A stretch of 64,000 nt of DNA from positions 2,359 through 66,358 of the forward strand of contig CAYNYJ010000004.1 in NCBI GenBank assembly GCA_964401355.1, given 5' to 3'. Made by a program: the position numbers and the translations under genes. Under the pieces are notes generated by a model. That model saw nothing but the letters and a program-made list of their open reading frames with translations. It was not told the origin of the DNA and did no database searches. This document shows, piece by piece, positions 33,517 through 44,002 of the stretch (position 1 is its first letter; every line of letters starts with the position of its first letter). The DNA comes from an uncultured Ectothiorhodospiraceae bacterium. Lineage in GTDB: Bacteria > Pseudomonadota > Gammaproteobacteria > SZUA-152.

Positions 33517-34290
33517 TTACCGGAACGAATAAACCAAAGTGACTGCCGTTTCCGTATCGGTTTTTTCAACGCCCGCAGGCACTTCCGAGGTATTTTTTAT
33601 AGTGTATGTAATTTTGGTCGCCAGACTTCGATTAATCTGTGCCGTCAAGGCTGTCACCGACTTGGTGATGGTACTGTTCTCGCCCACATCTATTGACAAA
33701 TTCTCCGTCAGGCTACTAGTCTCACTCAATTTCCACACCAGCTTAGCAGCGCCGCGCAGAATCACTTCGTTATCACTGCCACCCGCTGCCAACTTACTTT
33801 GACGCGCACCGGGCCCTATTTCCAGATCCAGTATCAGTTTGGGCTCAGCCACTACACGTCGACCATAACCCAGGGTCTCACTGATTCGATAATCGTAACC
33901 GCTAAAACTGTCATCTTCATAATTGAGCATCATAAAAAAATAATTATGCTCACTAAACTTGTAATCACTCTGACCATTTAAGACATAACGCTCCGCCGTG
34001 GTAATGCCATGATCAGAACTCGTGAGTGATTCATAGGTCAGCGTGTGTCGCCAACTTTGTTGTTCAAATTGTACCTTGGCCTTGGCATTAATGGTCTCGG
34101 TTTCGGTGTTGCCTGTGGTATTCACAAAACCGAGCTCAACATTACCCTGCCAGCTACTGAAATTATCTTCAGCCGGTGTTGAGCTTACAATCACCAGCAT
34201 CAACACAGCGAAAACATTCGCCTGCAACGACCTCATACGCATATTGATCTTTGCGCTTTTGTCTCTTTTTTCTTTACCTGCGTATAACAC
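33517..34290 (-). CDS. DUF481/YdiY family outer membrane protein
   Basis: ELGFVNTTGNTET, EIGPGARQ, DTETAVTLVYSF. The true start may be slightly downstream. Confidence 0.85.
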   Translation of the reverse strand: MLYAGKEKRDKSAKINMRMRSLQANVFAVLMLVIVSSTPAEDNFSSWQGNVELGFVNTTGNTETETINAKAKVQFEQQSWRHTLTYESLTSSDHGITTAERYVLNGQSDYKFSEHNYFFMMLNYEDDSFSGYDYRISETLGYGRRVVAEPKLILDLEIGPGARQSKLAAGGSDNEVILRGAAKLVWKLSETSSLTENLSIDVGENSTITKSVTALTAQINRSLATKITYTIKNTSEVPAGVEKTDTETAVTLVYSFR

Positions 34291-34304
34291 CCTAACCCTG
34301 TCAT

Positions 34305-34949
34305 TTATGCGACCCCGTATTGCTGTTGGTAACTGCGAATCGCAGACAAGGCCTCAGCTTGCTCACCCTGTGTCTCAAGATATTCAATCAATTCTTTCAG
34401 ACCGACGATACTGGTGACCTGCACACCATAATCTCTTTCGACTTCCTGAATAGCAGAAGTCACATGTTGGCCACGCTCCTGGCGATTCAGCGCAATAACC
34501 ACACCAGCCAGCGTTGCTCCGGCGGACTGTATAATTTCAACCGACTCGCGCACCGAGGTTCCCGCCGAAATAACATCGTCAATAATTAACACCCGGCCCG
34601 CAAGCGGCGCGCCGACAATCAGACCCCCTTCACCATGATCCTTAGCTTCCTTGCGATTAAAACAGTAAGGAAGATCACGCTGATGCTCGTCAGCCAGGGC
34701 AATGGCCATGGTCGATACCAGTGGAATTCCCTTATAGGCCGGGCCATAAATCATATCGAATTCCATACCAGAGGCCATTACCGCCTGGGCGTAGTAGCGC
34801 CCTAGTCGTGCCAGGCTACTACCCGTGTTAAACAGGCCGCTATTAAAGAAATAAGGGCTGACTCGGCCTGACTTGAGGGTGAATTGCCCAAAGCGCAATA
34901 CCTCAACATCGATGGCAAAGTCCAAAAATTCTCGTTGATAATCCTGCAT
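34305..34949 (-). CDS. pyrE: Orotate phosphoribosyltransferase
   Basis: [44 protein letters not shown]. Confidence 0.97.
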   Translation of the reverse strand: MQDYQREFLDFAIDVEVLRFGQFTLKSGRVSPYFFNSGLFNTGSSLARLGRYYAQAVMASGMEFDMIYGPAYKGIPLVSTMAIALADEHQRDLPYCFNRKEAKDHGEGGLIVGAPLAGRVLIIDDVISAGTSVRESVEIIQSAGATLAGVVIALNRQERGQHVTSAIQEVERDYGVQVTSIVGLKELIEYLETQGEQAEALSAIRSYQQQYGVA

Positions 34950-35094
34950 GATGACCTTCCTGAAAGCCTGCGAATACGAACACGCCATTGTACCTCATCT
35001 CTAACGCGACGCTGGGGTATAATTCGCAGCCATGTTTTACCGTCCGTGATCACCAAACATGGTCAAATCCTTTCTACAATAATCGGAACATCCT

Positions 35095-35886
35095 ATGAAA
35101 ATTATTACCGCTAACGTCAACGGCATCCGCGCCGCAGAAAAAAAAGGCTTTTTTGAATGGCTGCAACGACAACAGGCCGATGTCATCTGCATCCAGGAAA
35201 CCAAGGCGCAGGAACATCAATTGGAGGCACAGGATTTTTATCCTCAGGGCTACCACTGTTTTTACGTGGATGCCGAAAAAAAGGGCTATAGCGGTGTCGC
35301 CATTTATTCTCGCATCAAACCTCAGCGGGTGATCACCGGTCTGGGGGATGGTTTTGAGGATATGGATGCCGAAGGGCGTTTTGTGCAAGTTGATTTCGAC
35401 ACTCCGGAAACCGGAAAACTCAGCGTCATCTCTTTGTATCTACCCTCTGGCTCGTCCAAGGAAGAACGTCAACTCGTGAAATACAGCTTCATGGAACGCT
35501 TCACTGAAAAACTCAAAGCGATGCGTCGCAAGCGACGCGAATACGTGATTTGTGGCGACTGGAACATTGTTCACAAAGAGATCGACATCAAAAACTGGAA
35601 GAGCAATCAAAAAAATTCAGGCTGTCTCCCCGAAGAACGCGCCTGGTTAGATCAGCTGTTTGGCCCAATGGGGTTTGTCGATGCCTTTCGTGTCGCCAAT
35701 CAACAGGCCGAGCAATACACCTGGTGGTCAAATCGCGGCCAAGCCTGGGCCAATAATGTTGGCTGGCGCATTGATTATCAAGTTGTCACCCCTGGCCTAA
35801 AAGACAAAATCCAATCCGCGGACATTTATAAAGACCAGCGGTTTTCCGATCATGCACCGCTTGTCATTGAATATCGCTCACTATAA
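35095..35886 (+). CDS. xth: Exodeoxyribonuclease III family AP endonuclease
   Basis: NVNGIRA, IQETKA, GDWN, GWRIDY, SDHAP; catalytic residues intact. Confidence 0.88.
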   Translation: MKIITANVNGIRAAEKKGFFEWLQRQQADVICIQETKAQEHQLEAQDFYPQGYHCFYVDAEKKGYSGVAIYSRIKPQRVITGLGDGFEDMDAEGRFVQVDFDTPETGKLSVISLYLPSGSSKEERQLVKYSFMERFTEKLKAMRRKRREYVICGDWNIVHKEIDIKNWKSNQKNSGCLPEERAWLDQLFGPMGFVDAFRVANQQAEQYTWWSNRGQAWANNVGWRIDYQVVTPGLKDKIQSADIYKDQRFSDHAPLVIEYRSL

Positions 35887-35909
35887 ATATACCGGGCAGT
35901 AAGCAGCGA

Positions 35910-38303
35910 TTATATTTTTATCAATAATCCATCTATAAAATCAGGCGCTGGTTTGGCCAGGTGATAACCCTGGCCTAAATCGACACCAAGCTCAATCAAC
36001 AATTCTGTTATATGCGAATTCTCAACAAATTCAGCGACACAGGGAATATTTAAACCCTTGGCCAAATCTACAATTGCCTTTACAAATAAGCGATCATCAC
36101 TATCAACATGCAAGCTGCGAACAAAGCTACCATCAATTTTTATATAATCCACGGGAAGATTTCGCAAATAATGAAACGACGAGAAACCGATGCCAAAATC
36201 GTCCAATGCAAACTTACACCCTATGGCTCTCAAGGCATCAATAAACTCCCTCGCCTTGGACAGATTCTCCACTGCCTCTGTTTCTGTAACCTCAAACATC
36301 AAACTTTGCGGATCTGCCCCATAAGTACGAATTGCATTCTGAATAAACTCCAACATGACAACATTACCGAAATGGCGGCCCGATAAATTTATCGCCAGAC
36401 TTACTGGCTTATGTGCCTTAATACTATCAGCCTGCGTCTTAATGGCATGATCAACCACCCAGCAATCAATATCACGAATGAGGCCAAAGCGTTCGGCGGT
36501 TTCAATGAATGCCCCTGGCGAAATCATTTCTCCATCTTCTCCGCGCATGCGCAACAACACTTCGTAATGAGTAATCAAGCCCGTGGCTAATTCCACCACA
36601 GGCTGGTAATACAGTACAAAACGGTGTTCTGATAATGCCCATCGAATGCGTTCCTCCCAGTGAATCTTCGCCTGCATGTTCCATAACTCAGAATCATCTT
36701 CACTAAACGCATGGACTTGACCACGACCTTTACGCTTAGCGGTGTACATTGCCGCATCCGCCTTGGCCAACAAATCACTGGGAACTGCACTCTGTGTCGG
36801 GAACAACGCGATGCCAATACTGGCACTCACCGGAATAATTTTTCCTCCGTGTTCAAGGTTTTCTTTCGCCAGCGCACCCAGCATTGCCATACCCACGGTA
36901 TACGCTTCTGCAGATGTGCACTTAGGAATAACAATCCCAAATTCATCCCCCCCCAGTCTTCCCAATATATCAGTCCGCCTTAACACTTGGGATAAACGGC
37001 GAGACACATCAAGCAGGTACTCATCACCATATTGATGACCGTAGGTATCATTAACATATTTAAATTGATCAAGATCAACAAACAACAATGCTCCTTGCTG
37101 CTGATAACGTTCCGCAAAGGATATCGAATTCTCCAATTCTTTTTGAAAACGCCTGCGGTTTATCAAGCCCGTGAGCGGATCATGTTCCGCCAAATAAACA
37201 ATACGGTCTTCTGTGGTTTTTTGATCCGTAATATCAAGAATCAAGCCACGAATAATGGGATTATTGTCTTCATCAAGTTCAACGCTATTTATAGCACGCA
37301 CCCATACTATGTGGCCCTGACGATGGATCATTCTAAAATCAACGGTAAACGATTCCCCTTTTTTTGTATGCCCTTCAATTGTCTCCTCTACCCAGGCAAG
37401 GTCATCTTGCATAACGTGGCTCGACCAAAACCCGGGTTTTAGCCAATCCGGGACCGCATAGCCTATTAAATTTTGAGCCTCTCGACTCACAAAAGTAAAT
37501 TGATAACCAGGTAGTCTCGCTTCCATAACCACTGCATCAATACCATCCAGCAATGCCTGCATAAATCGTGATTCACGCTCCAGTGCTGCGTGCTCTTTGC
37601 TCAATGCCTTTTTTGTTTCAACTAAATCCTTGGCAATAAAATGAAATATACTCGAAAGCTCATCGAGTCCCTTGTTTTCAGAAAACTCAAATTGATTTGC
37701 CAGCGGACCTACAGATAACGCTTTTGCACTCTTTTCCAGTTTACGAAGGTTGCCCGTGAACAAATAAGCAAAAGCCGCTGTAACGCACAGAGCAGCCAGC
37801 ATTGCCATAATGCTAAATATGGATTCTTGAACGCGGGATGAAACAGATAAGGGTGCGGCGTCTTTCAACGGAAAGCCAACACGCAAGACTCCCAGTACTT
37901 TACGATTAAACTCTATTTGAGTTTCAACATCATAAATACCGTCAATCAATGCTTCCGCGTATGAGCCATCCATTTTCCATTGACCGGGCTGATCACCAAA
38001 CGTGGCAATCAACATGCCATCCACATCCACTACTTCTGCATAGACGATTTCATTCGTGTCATGCAATCGGTTAAATACATCGGCCAACGGAGTGATGTCA
38101 TTTTGCACAACTAAAGGGGTTATTGCCAAAACTACCAGGCGGCTTTTTGCCTGCATTCTATCATCAAGCAGGCCCACATCATTTGAGGGTGGCAGGTAGA
38201 CATTATTGACCAGCAGAAAAACCAGCATCACAGCCTGCAATGTTACCAACAGGACAATAAGCCGTATGGAAAGCCTATTAGTTATGTTTTTCTTAAAAAC
38301 CAT
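35910..38303 (-). CDS. Membrane-bound PAS-GGDEF-EAL diguanylate cyclase/phosphodiesterase
   Basis: Two TM helices, PAS, GRLGGDEF with upstream RxxD I-site, EVLLR and DDFGIG in the EAL domain. Confidence 0.92.
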   Translation of the reverse strand: MVFKKNITNRLSIRLIVLLVTLQAVMLVFLLVNNVYLPPSNDVGLLDDRMQAKSRLVVLAITPLVVQNDITPLADVFNRLHDTNEIVYAEVVDVDGMLIATFGDQPGQWKMDGSYAEALIDGIYDVETQIEFNRKVLGVLRVGFPLKDAAPLSVSSRVQESIFSIMAMLAALCVTAAFAYLFTGNLRKLEKSAKALSVGPLANQFEFSENKGLDELSSIFHFIAKDLVETKKALSKEHAALERESRFMQALLDGIDAVVMEARLPGYQFTFVSREAQNLIGYAVPDWLKPGFWSSHVMQDDLAWVEETIEGHTKKGESFTVDFRMIHRQGHIVWVRAINSVELDEDNNPIIRGLILDITDQKTTEDRIVYLAEHDPLTGLINRRRFQKELENSISFAERYQQQGALLFVDLDQFKYVNDTYGHQYGDEYLLDVSRRLSQVLRRTDILGRLGGDEFGIVIPKCTSAEAYTVGMAMLGALAKENLEHGGKIIPVSASIGIALFPTQSAVPSDLLAKADAAMYTAKRKGRGQVHAFSEDDSELWNMQAKIHWEERIRWALSEHRFVLYYQPVVELATGLITHYEVLLRMRGEDGEMISPGAFIETAERFGLIRDIDCWVVDHAIKTQADSIKAHKPVSLAINLSGRHFGNVVMLEFIQNAIRTYGADPQSLMFEVTETEAVENLSKAREFIDALRAIGCKFALDDFGIGFSSFHYLRNLPVDYIKIDGSFVRSLHVDSDDRLFVKAIVDLAKGLNIPCVAEFVENSHITELLIELGVDLGQGYHLAKPAPDFIDGLLIKI

Positions 38304-38469
38304 TGACTCTATTTTCTGCGCACAGAAAATCTGCCTCCTGTTAGATATAGGCTAATAGCGGCTTTTTCAGGATATTTCTTAACTAGAAATGAATGGAAGG
38401 CTATCTGAGAAGGGGGGGCAAACACACCGGGCTGAAGCATATGCACAGCCCACTGTAACTTATACTCGG

Positions 38470-38931
38470 TCACTGTGTATAAAATTTTTGGCGAAACTCT
38501 ACAGTGAAGGATTTTACGCTCCCTTCTGGCAAAATATTCACAACAAAATTAAGTATCTCTTCATGCGCCACATGAAATTCACTCAAATAATAAATTGAGC
38601 TGCCTTCATCAATCTCTCGCACTTTAAATTCCCGATACTGGCCCGTCAAGTTACTCGCACTTACGGTAACACTGGCACGCACAGGTTTCCCCAGTGGACT
38701 CACATTCGATGCCACTTTCTTTATCACCGAAATGGTCACCATCCCTCGGTTTTTACTGCGAACAATATTATATGCCTCTGCCATTCCAGGCTGCAGAGTA
38801 TCGGTATTAAAGGCGTTATAATGGACGGTGTATTCACCGAAACTTATCGGCTCCCCCGCAATTGTCAGATTACACAGGGTGAGCAATGCGGCAGCTGTCA
38901 TGAGTTTCATCAGGGTAGTATTTATTGGCAC
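38470..38931 (-). CDS. DUF4426 family periplasmic protein
   Basis: Signal peptide, VHYNAFNTDTL, IVRSKNRG, IYYLSEF, FRQKFY. Confidence 0.85.
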   Translation of the reverse strand: MPINTTLMKLMTAAALLTLCNLTIAGEPISFGEYTVHYNAFNTDTLQPGMAEAYNIVRSKNRGMVTISVIKKVASNVSPLGKPVRASVTVSASNLTGQYREFKVREIDEGSSIYYLSEFHVAHEEILNFVVNILPEGSVKSFTVEFRQKFYTQ

Positions 38932-39185
38932 AACGTTATCTCCACTAAACTTCTATTGTTTACAGTACAGACACGAACCATCAGAAATAATCTTGACCCT
39001 GTCAATCAAGTTATCTTCAACTGGTTATAAGCCTTTTTACAACACTCACTTGCAATCAGGCATAAAGGCTAATACTAGTTGAAGGGTAGGAAAAAGGCAC
39101 GATTTGAAGAATAACAATACATCATGCCAAAATTAGAATCTCTCTTCTCTTTGATGTGTTCAGTGCCCATTTAATCATGGATAAA

Positions 39186-41153
39186 TCAGGAGGCAGCGAC
39201 GGCCTTTCGATCAGGCTTTTGTAACGGTGCCAGAGGCGTATTAATTCCCTCAAGAATGCCGTTGATAGTTGCTAACTGCGACATCAATTCATCACCCTGT
39301 TTTTCCAAACTGGCAATATTATCGGAAAGCTTTTCGCGCGAATTTTTAATTTTTTGCAGATTAGCCAAACGCTTTTCCAGTTGCACCTTGCGCTCTTTAA
39401 TTCGAGCGGCCAGTGGCCGCATCACTGAGCCCGCCCAATCCTCGGCATCCTGATTAGCTCGAAAATATATGTTACGTGCATGGCTCACCATGGATACGAT
39501 AAATTTCTTTACCACAAAACTTTGCTCAGTCATCGCCGTCATCGAGCTATCTCTGAATTCACCCGCTTTTTTATAGAGCTGATCCAATTCCCGGGAATAT
39601 CGCGCTGTAGTAAATAGCGTAGGATTCAAATTGTTAAAACCATGATCGTCGCGAAAACGGTCATATATCGACTGCACAATACCATTTGATTTTTCGGCCT
39701 GGTAATTCACTTGTGTCATTGCATCCCTGGCATTTTCAAAAAAATCTCTCATGCCTTTTTTCAGGCCGTGAGTTGTCCAGCTCTCCACCATATCTGTGCG
39801 CGTTTTTGAGATCATCTGATCCAGGCTATCCAAACCCAGGGCTTCTATTAATGCCACTAGCTGCCGCTTTAGCACATGACGGCTGGTCTGAAAGTTTTCC
39901 ACATCTTTTTGATAAATACCCTGTTCGGTGCGCAATTTTTGCATAGTTTCCATCAGCACATCGGCGCTCTTGCCCGACAAGGAACGCAACTCGTCTAATT
40001 GCTGGTGTATCGCTTCGTGGCGCTCGGTCAACACGCCACGCGTGATTTCTACCAACGAGCCAATACGCGACACAATATTCTCACGGACCAAATGCTGTTT
40101 AGCCGGTAACACATCGTCCGACAGCGTCGCCTCCAAGGCCAGCAGACCGCTCTTTTCCAACAATTCTTCGTTGCCTTTTATGCGCGCCAACAACCCTTTT
40201 TGTGCAGAGACGGGATAGACGGTGCTGGCTTCAATATTCAGTAGCTGCGCGGTTTTCTCGACTTGAGCCTGAATGTTGGCATTGTTAGTGGCTTCATCTT
40301 GCAGCTCATCCCACAGGGTATCGATTTTATTCAGCACCACAATCAGCCCGCCACTTTCGTGATTTTCACGAAATGACTGAGCATGCTGACGCCAGATCTC
40401 CATGTCAGTTTTCGTCGCCCCGGTATCGGCGGCTAACACAAAAATGACAGCCTGCGCGTTGGGCAACATATCCATGGTCAGTTCCGGTTCCGCACCCATA
40501 GCATTAAGCCCCGGCGTGTCGAGAATCACCAAGCCTTGTTTCAATAAGGGGTGTGGAAAGCTGATCATCACATGCCGCCACATGGGGATTTCAATGCTCG
40601 TCGGCGACACTTCACACTGCTCAAATTCTTCTTTGGAATACAGGCCCAATTTAATCGCGCTCTCTACCGGCACCTTTTTAGTTTTCACAATCTCCTTGAA
40701 GGACTCCACCATGTGCTCAGGAGAATCTACGTCCAAGTCAGTATTGATCCAATTGTCGGGGTCTTGCTTGTATTCGCTGATGCTGGTGTCTTCAAGACGT
40801 GTCTCGATGGGCAACATGCGAATATAGGGTTTTTCAGTTTTGCTGTCGTGGAACAATTCGGTCGGACACATGGTGGTGCGGCCTGCGGAGGAGGGCAACA
40901 AGCGACGCTGATAATTCGCAAAAAAGATGGCGTTGATGAGCTCCGTTTTACCGCGAGAAAATTCTGCAGCAAAACCGATGGTAATGTGGTCCGAATCCAA
41001 CGCATCAAGAATTTCGTACATGCGCAGATCATCTTCGGGACTACTCATTTCATGATCCGCAAGCCACTCACGATACGCCTTGATCTGGCTGATCATGTCT
41101 TCTTTCCAGCGACTATAGGCTTCTAATTGTTCGGTAAATTGGTCTTTTGCCAT
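39186..41153 (-). CDS. Bacterial dynamin-like GTPase
   Basis: G1 AEFSRGKTE, G2 RTTMCPT, G3 DTPG, G4 NKID, long helical C-terminus. Start placed at MAKDQF. Confidence 0.85.
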   Translation of the reverse strand: MAKDQFTEQLEAYSRWKEDMISQIKAYREWLADHEMSSPEDDLRMYEILDALDSDHITIGFAAEFSRGKTELINAIFFANYQRRLLPSSAGRTTMCPTELFHDSKTEKPYIRMLPIETRLEDTSISEYKQDPDNWINTDLDVDSPEHMVESFKEIVKTKKVPVESAIKLGLYSKEEFEQCEVSPTSIEIPMWRHVMISFPHPLLKQGLVILDTPGLNAMGAEPELTMDMLPNAQAVIFVLAADTGATKTDMEIWRQHAQSFRENHESGGLIVVLNKIDTLWDELQDEATNNANIQAQVEKTAQLLNIEASTVYPVSAQKGLLARIKGNEELLEKSGLLALEATLSDDVLPAKQHLVRENIVSRIGSLVEITRGVLTERHEAIHQQLDELRSLSGKSADVLMETMQKLRTEQGIYQKDVENFQTSRHVLKRQLVALIEALGLDSLDQMISKTRTDMVESWTTHGLKKGMRDFFENARDAMTQVNYQAEKSNGIVQSIYDRFRDDHGFNNLNPTLFTTARYSRELDQLYKKAGEFRDSSMTAMTEQSFVVKKFIVSMVSHARNIYFRANQDAEDWAGSVMRPLAARIKERKVQLEKRLANLQKIKNSREKLSDNIASLEKQGDELMSQLATINGILEGINTPLAPLQKPDRKAVAAS

Positions 41154-41249
41154 GCCTGTTTCTACTCGCATTTTGTCAATAAAATCCATGCACACCGGAA
41201 CAGCACCGTGCACGGACAACATCTCGCTATCAATAACGGCCATTCTCGA

Positions 41250-41464
41250 GGGAAGTTTAGTCAAAGTCCTGCGGTGACGAGGGACTCCGACCAGCGGTTC
41301 AAATCAGCCCGTCAACGGCCTATTCTTCAGCCAGCATGGTATGAATCAACAGTGAATAGCCAAGGATCGTTTGCTCGCATGATAATGACGCTCGCCTTAG
41401 GTGACATCCGCACTGACCGTTCCAGGACATCGTCATCCCAGCAATACCAGCCTAGCTGATCCAC
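41250..41464 (-). pseudogene. yggU: Degenerate DUF167/YggU remnant
   Basis: GTG at 41464: VDQLGWYCWDDDVLERSVRMSPKAS... resembles the YggU N-terminus. Stop after 45 codons; canonical position after yggT. Confidence 0.55.
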
Positions 41465-41466
41465 AC

Positions 41467-42051
41467 TCACCCAAAAGCCAGGCTGCGGCCAAGATCACTG
41501 ATCGGAGCCACCAGCAAAAGGGTAAGGACTTGAATGCCGATCATCACCACGATGGGCGACAAATCAAAACCGTGAATCGGCGGCAGCACGCGCCGTGCCC
41601 GGCCCAGCAAAGGTTCATTGAGGCTGTACAACAGCGCTACCGCTGGATTATAGCCACCGGGGCTCACCCAACTGAGTATCACCTGAATCAATATGGTAAA
41701 GAAAAATATCTGTAACAGCAGCGCCAGCAACTCCGCAAAAGCCAACACCACCAAGCCACCCAGGTGAAAACTCAAACCGGCAATTAGGCCAATAACAAAC
41801 AACTCCAGCATTTGCAATGCCAGCATCAGTACCACGGAGGCCATATCGATACCCCCGACGCTGGGGATCATGCGCCGCAACGGCACCAGTGGGGGATTAG
41901 TCACTTTCACCAGAAACTGGGAAACCGGGTTATAAAAATCCGCCCTCACCACCGCGAGCATGAAGCGGATCATCACCGCGCCGATGTACAGGCCAAATAA
42001 CGTCTGCACCAAAAACACACCGGCATTCCCGGCGTAGGAACCTCCCATCAT
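41467..42051 (-). CDS. yggT: YggT family membrane protein
   Basis: RADFYNPVSQF, ILSWV, GFDLSPI. Confidence 0.92.
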   Translation of the reverse strand: MMGGSYAGNAGVFLVQTLFGLYIGAVMIRFMLAVVRADFYNPVSQFLVKVTNPPLVPLRRMIPSVGGIDMASVVLMLALQMLELFVIGLIAGLSFHLGGLVVLAFAELLALLLQIFFFTILIQVILSWVSPGGYNPAVALLYSLNEPLLGRARRVLPPIHGFDLSPIVVMIGIQVLTLLLVAPISDLGRSLAFG

Positions 42052-42905
42052 ACGTCTCCCCTCTCGTCACCTAGCTCAGATGCCAGTTCCCGTGAGCGAT
42101 CGAATGCCGCCTTGAGAACCTGCCCCATGATTTGATCAATGTCGTTTTCGGCCATCACCCGCAGACCCTGTTCCGTAGTACCACCGGGTGAGGTCACCCG
42201 CTCCCGCAAAGTGGCGGGAGACTCGCTGCTCTCCATCGCCATTTTGGCCGCACCCAAGGCAGTTTGCAGGGTCAGCAAACGAGCCGTCTGCGGTGGCAGA
42301 CCCAATTTAGTACCAGCAGTCTCCATCGCTTCCATGATGCGAAAGAAATAGGCAGGACCGCTGCCGGACAAGGCCGTTACCGCGTCCATTTGTCCTTCTT
42401 CCTGCACCCACAGGGTGAGTCCAGCAGCACGCAGAATGGATTCCGCCAAATCCCGTTGTTCATCACTGACCGATTCACTGGCGTACAGGCCAATAGCCCC
42501 GGTCTGCACCAGGGCCGGGGTATTAGGCATCGCCCGCACCACGGCAACGGACTTGGCGCCTTCAGCATCACCACCCAGCCAACGATTGAGATCGGCACTG
42601 CGGATCCCGGCGGCAATGGTAATGACCAGCGGTTGGTGTTGCTGCACTGCCGGCGCCAGCTCTTGCGCCACAGACTTCAGCACCTGCGGCTTGACCGCCA
42701 GTACCACCACGTCTGCCTTGGTAATTGCCGCCACGTTGTCCTCCGTGGTGTATACCCCAAAATGGGCAGCAAGGCTTTCACGATTGCGGGCATTGGGATC
42801 GGCTACTGTGATCTGCCCGGAATGCAGGTTTTCGGTCAGCAGGCCACCGATCAGACTGGCGGCCATATTGCCACCGCCGATGAAGGTCAAGGTTATATTT
42901 TTCAT
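42048..42905 (-). CDS. proC: Pyrroline-5-carboxylate reductase
   Basis: FIGGGNMA, AVKPQ, RAMPNTP, ALSGSGPAY, VTSPGGTT. Confidence 0.97.
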   Translation of the reverse strand: MKNITLTFIGGGNMAASLIGGLLTENLHSGQITVADPNARNRESLAAHFGVYTTEDNVAAITKADVVVLAVKPQVLKSVAQELAPAVQQHQPLVITIAAGIRSADLNRWLGGDAEGAKSVAVVRAMPNTPALVQTGAIGLYASESVSDEQRDLAESILRAAGLTLWVQEEGQMDAVTALSGSGPAYFFRIMEAMETAGTKLGLPPQTARLLTLQTALGAAKMAMESSESPATLRERVTSPGGTTEQGLRVMAENDIDQIMGQVLKAAFDRSRELASELGDERGDV

Positions 42906-42976
42906 GGTGAGCTTCTTTTAAAATAGTTTTTTAAAAACAGTTTTCTTAAAATTAAACTTTTAATGTGTACAGCACA

Positions 42977-43792
42977 TTAACCGTGCGGCCCAGCGTTCGT
43001 CATCCGCGTCCGGGAACCAAAAATATCGCGACCAATACGCACGATGGTCGCGCCTTCAGCAATCGCCATCTCCAAATCTGTCGACATCCCCATGGACAGT
43101 GTATCCCAGTGTTGCCAGCCTCCCTGACTTCCGTCCACGCGTTGTTCCGTCCCTGGTTCCGTCTGCTCATCCGGGTGGTGGGTATTTTTCAACAGTGTAA
43201 AGGCCTCGGACACGGCATGAAAGGCCGCGCGCTGTTGCGTGGGATCTTTGCTTGCCGCGGGAATTGCCATCAGGCCGCGCAAACGCAGGCGCGGCATCTG
43301 CGCCACCAGCGCGGCCAGCGCCGGCAGTTCATCCAACGTGACGCCTGACTTACTGGCTTCAACACTCACATTAACCTGTAAACACACATTCAATGGTGGC
43401 AGCCCGGCGGGACGTTGTTCGTTGAGCCGTCGCGCAATTTTCGGCCGGTCAACGCTGTGCACCCAATGAAAATTTTTTGCAATGGCAGAAGTTTTGTTGG
43501 ACTGGATGGGCCCAATGAAGTGCCACTGCACATCATGCCCAGACAAACCCTCGATTTTATCGACGGCCTCCTGCACGTAATTTTCCCCGAAGGCGGGGGC
43601 AACACCCGCAACGGCCAATTCCAGCAGGGCGCTGATTTCCTCGACCGGCTGGGTTTTACTCACCGGCAGGATTTGCACCGAGCCAACCGGCCGTCCGAAT
43701 TGCCGCTCTGCGGCACGCACCCTCGCCACCACTTCACGCAGGCGCTGTTCCAGGTTCATCTTGCCGCTGGGGCCATTCTCAGGCATGGTCAA
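42977..43792 (-). CDS. yggS: PLP homeostasis protein YggS
   Basis: [40 protein letters not shown]. The start could be 43759. Confidence 0.95.
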   Translation of the reverse strand: MTMPENGPSGKMNLEQRLREVVARVRAAERQFGRPVGSVQILPVSKTQPVEEISALLELAVAGVAPAFGENYVQEAVDKIEGLSGHDVQWHFIGPIQSNKTSAIAKNFHWVHSVDRPKIARRLNEQRPAGLPPLNVCLQVNVSVEASKSGVTLDELPALAALVAQMPRLRLRGLMAIPAASKDPTQQRAAFHAVSEAFTLLKNTHHPDEQTEPGTEQRVDGSQGGWQHWDTLSMGMSTDLEMAIAEGATIVRIGRDIFGSRTRMTNAGPHG

Positions 43793-44002
43793 TTCACTTC
43801 CGCTTGGGGTGTTTTATGACAACTTCGTCAAAGACGGGGACGATAAAGAATTTTACACTATCGGTCGCTATTTATTGTCATCACGGCTTTCGACGCTTAA
43901 GTGACTAATGATGTGTCACATGGTAATGAGTAACGATAGCGAGCAAAACAACGGGCACGACGACCCGCGACAAAAACAACGAAACGCATTGCAGGAGACC
44001 CG

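Noticed and set aside
33246-33569. 107-aa minus-strand ORF in the SPW-DUF481 spacer
   Set aside because: Overlaps the DUF481 3' end out of frame, crosses the RNA hairpins, and has no protein-like features.
35095-35886. Catabolite repression control protein Crc (same position opposite pyrE in Pseudomonas)
   Set aside because: Retains the exonuclease III catalytic motifs (QETK, GDWN, RIDY, SDH), so it is called xth-like.
38993-39007. FNR-like box TTGAC-CCT-GTCAA upstream of the DUF4426 gene
   Set aside because: Spacer is 3 nt rather than 4; insufficient support.
42915-42965. Short AT-rich direct repeats (TTTTAAAA-AGTT) between yggS and proC
   Set aside because: Low-complexity and only 2-3 degenerate copies; cannot be distinguished from neutral slippage.
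43901-43920. GTGAC-N9-GTCAC palindrome upstream of pilT as a CRP/Vfr site
   Set aside because: Spacing does not fit TGTGA-N6-TCACA, and the arms are too short to call.
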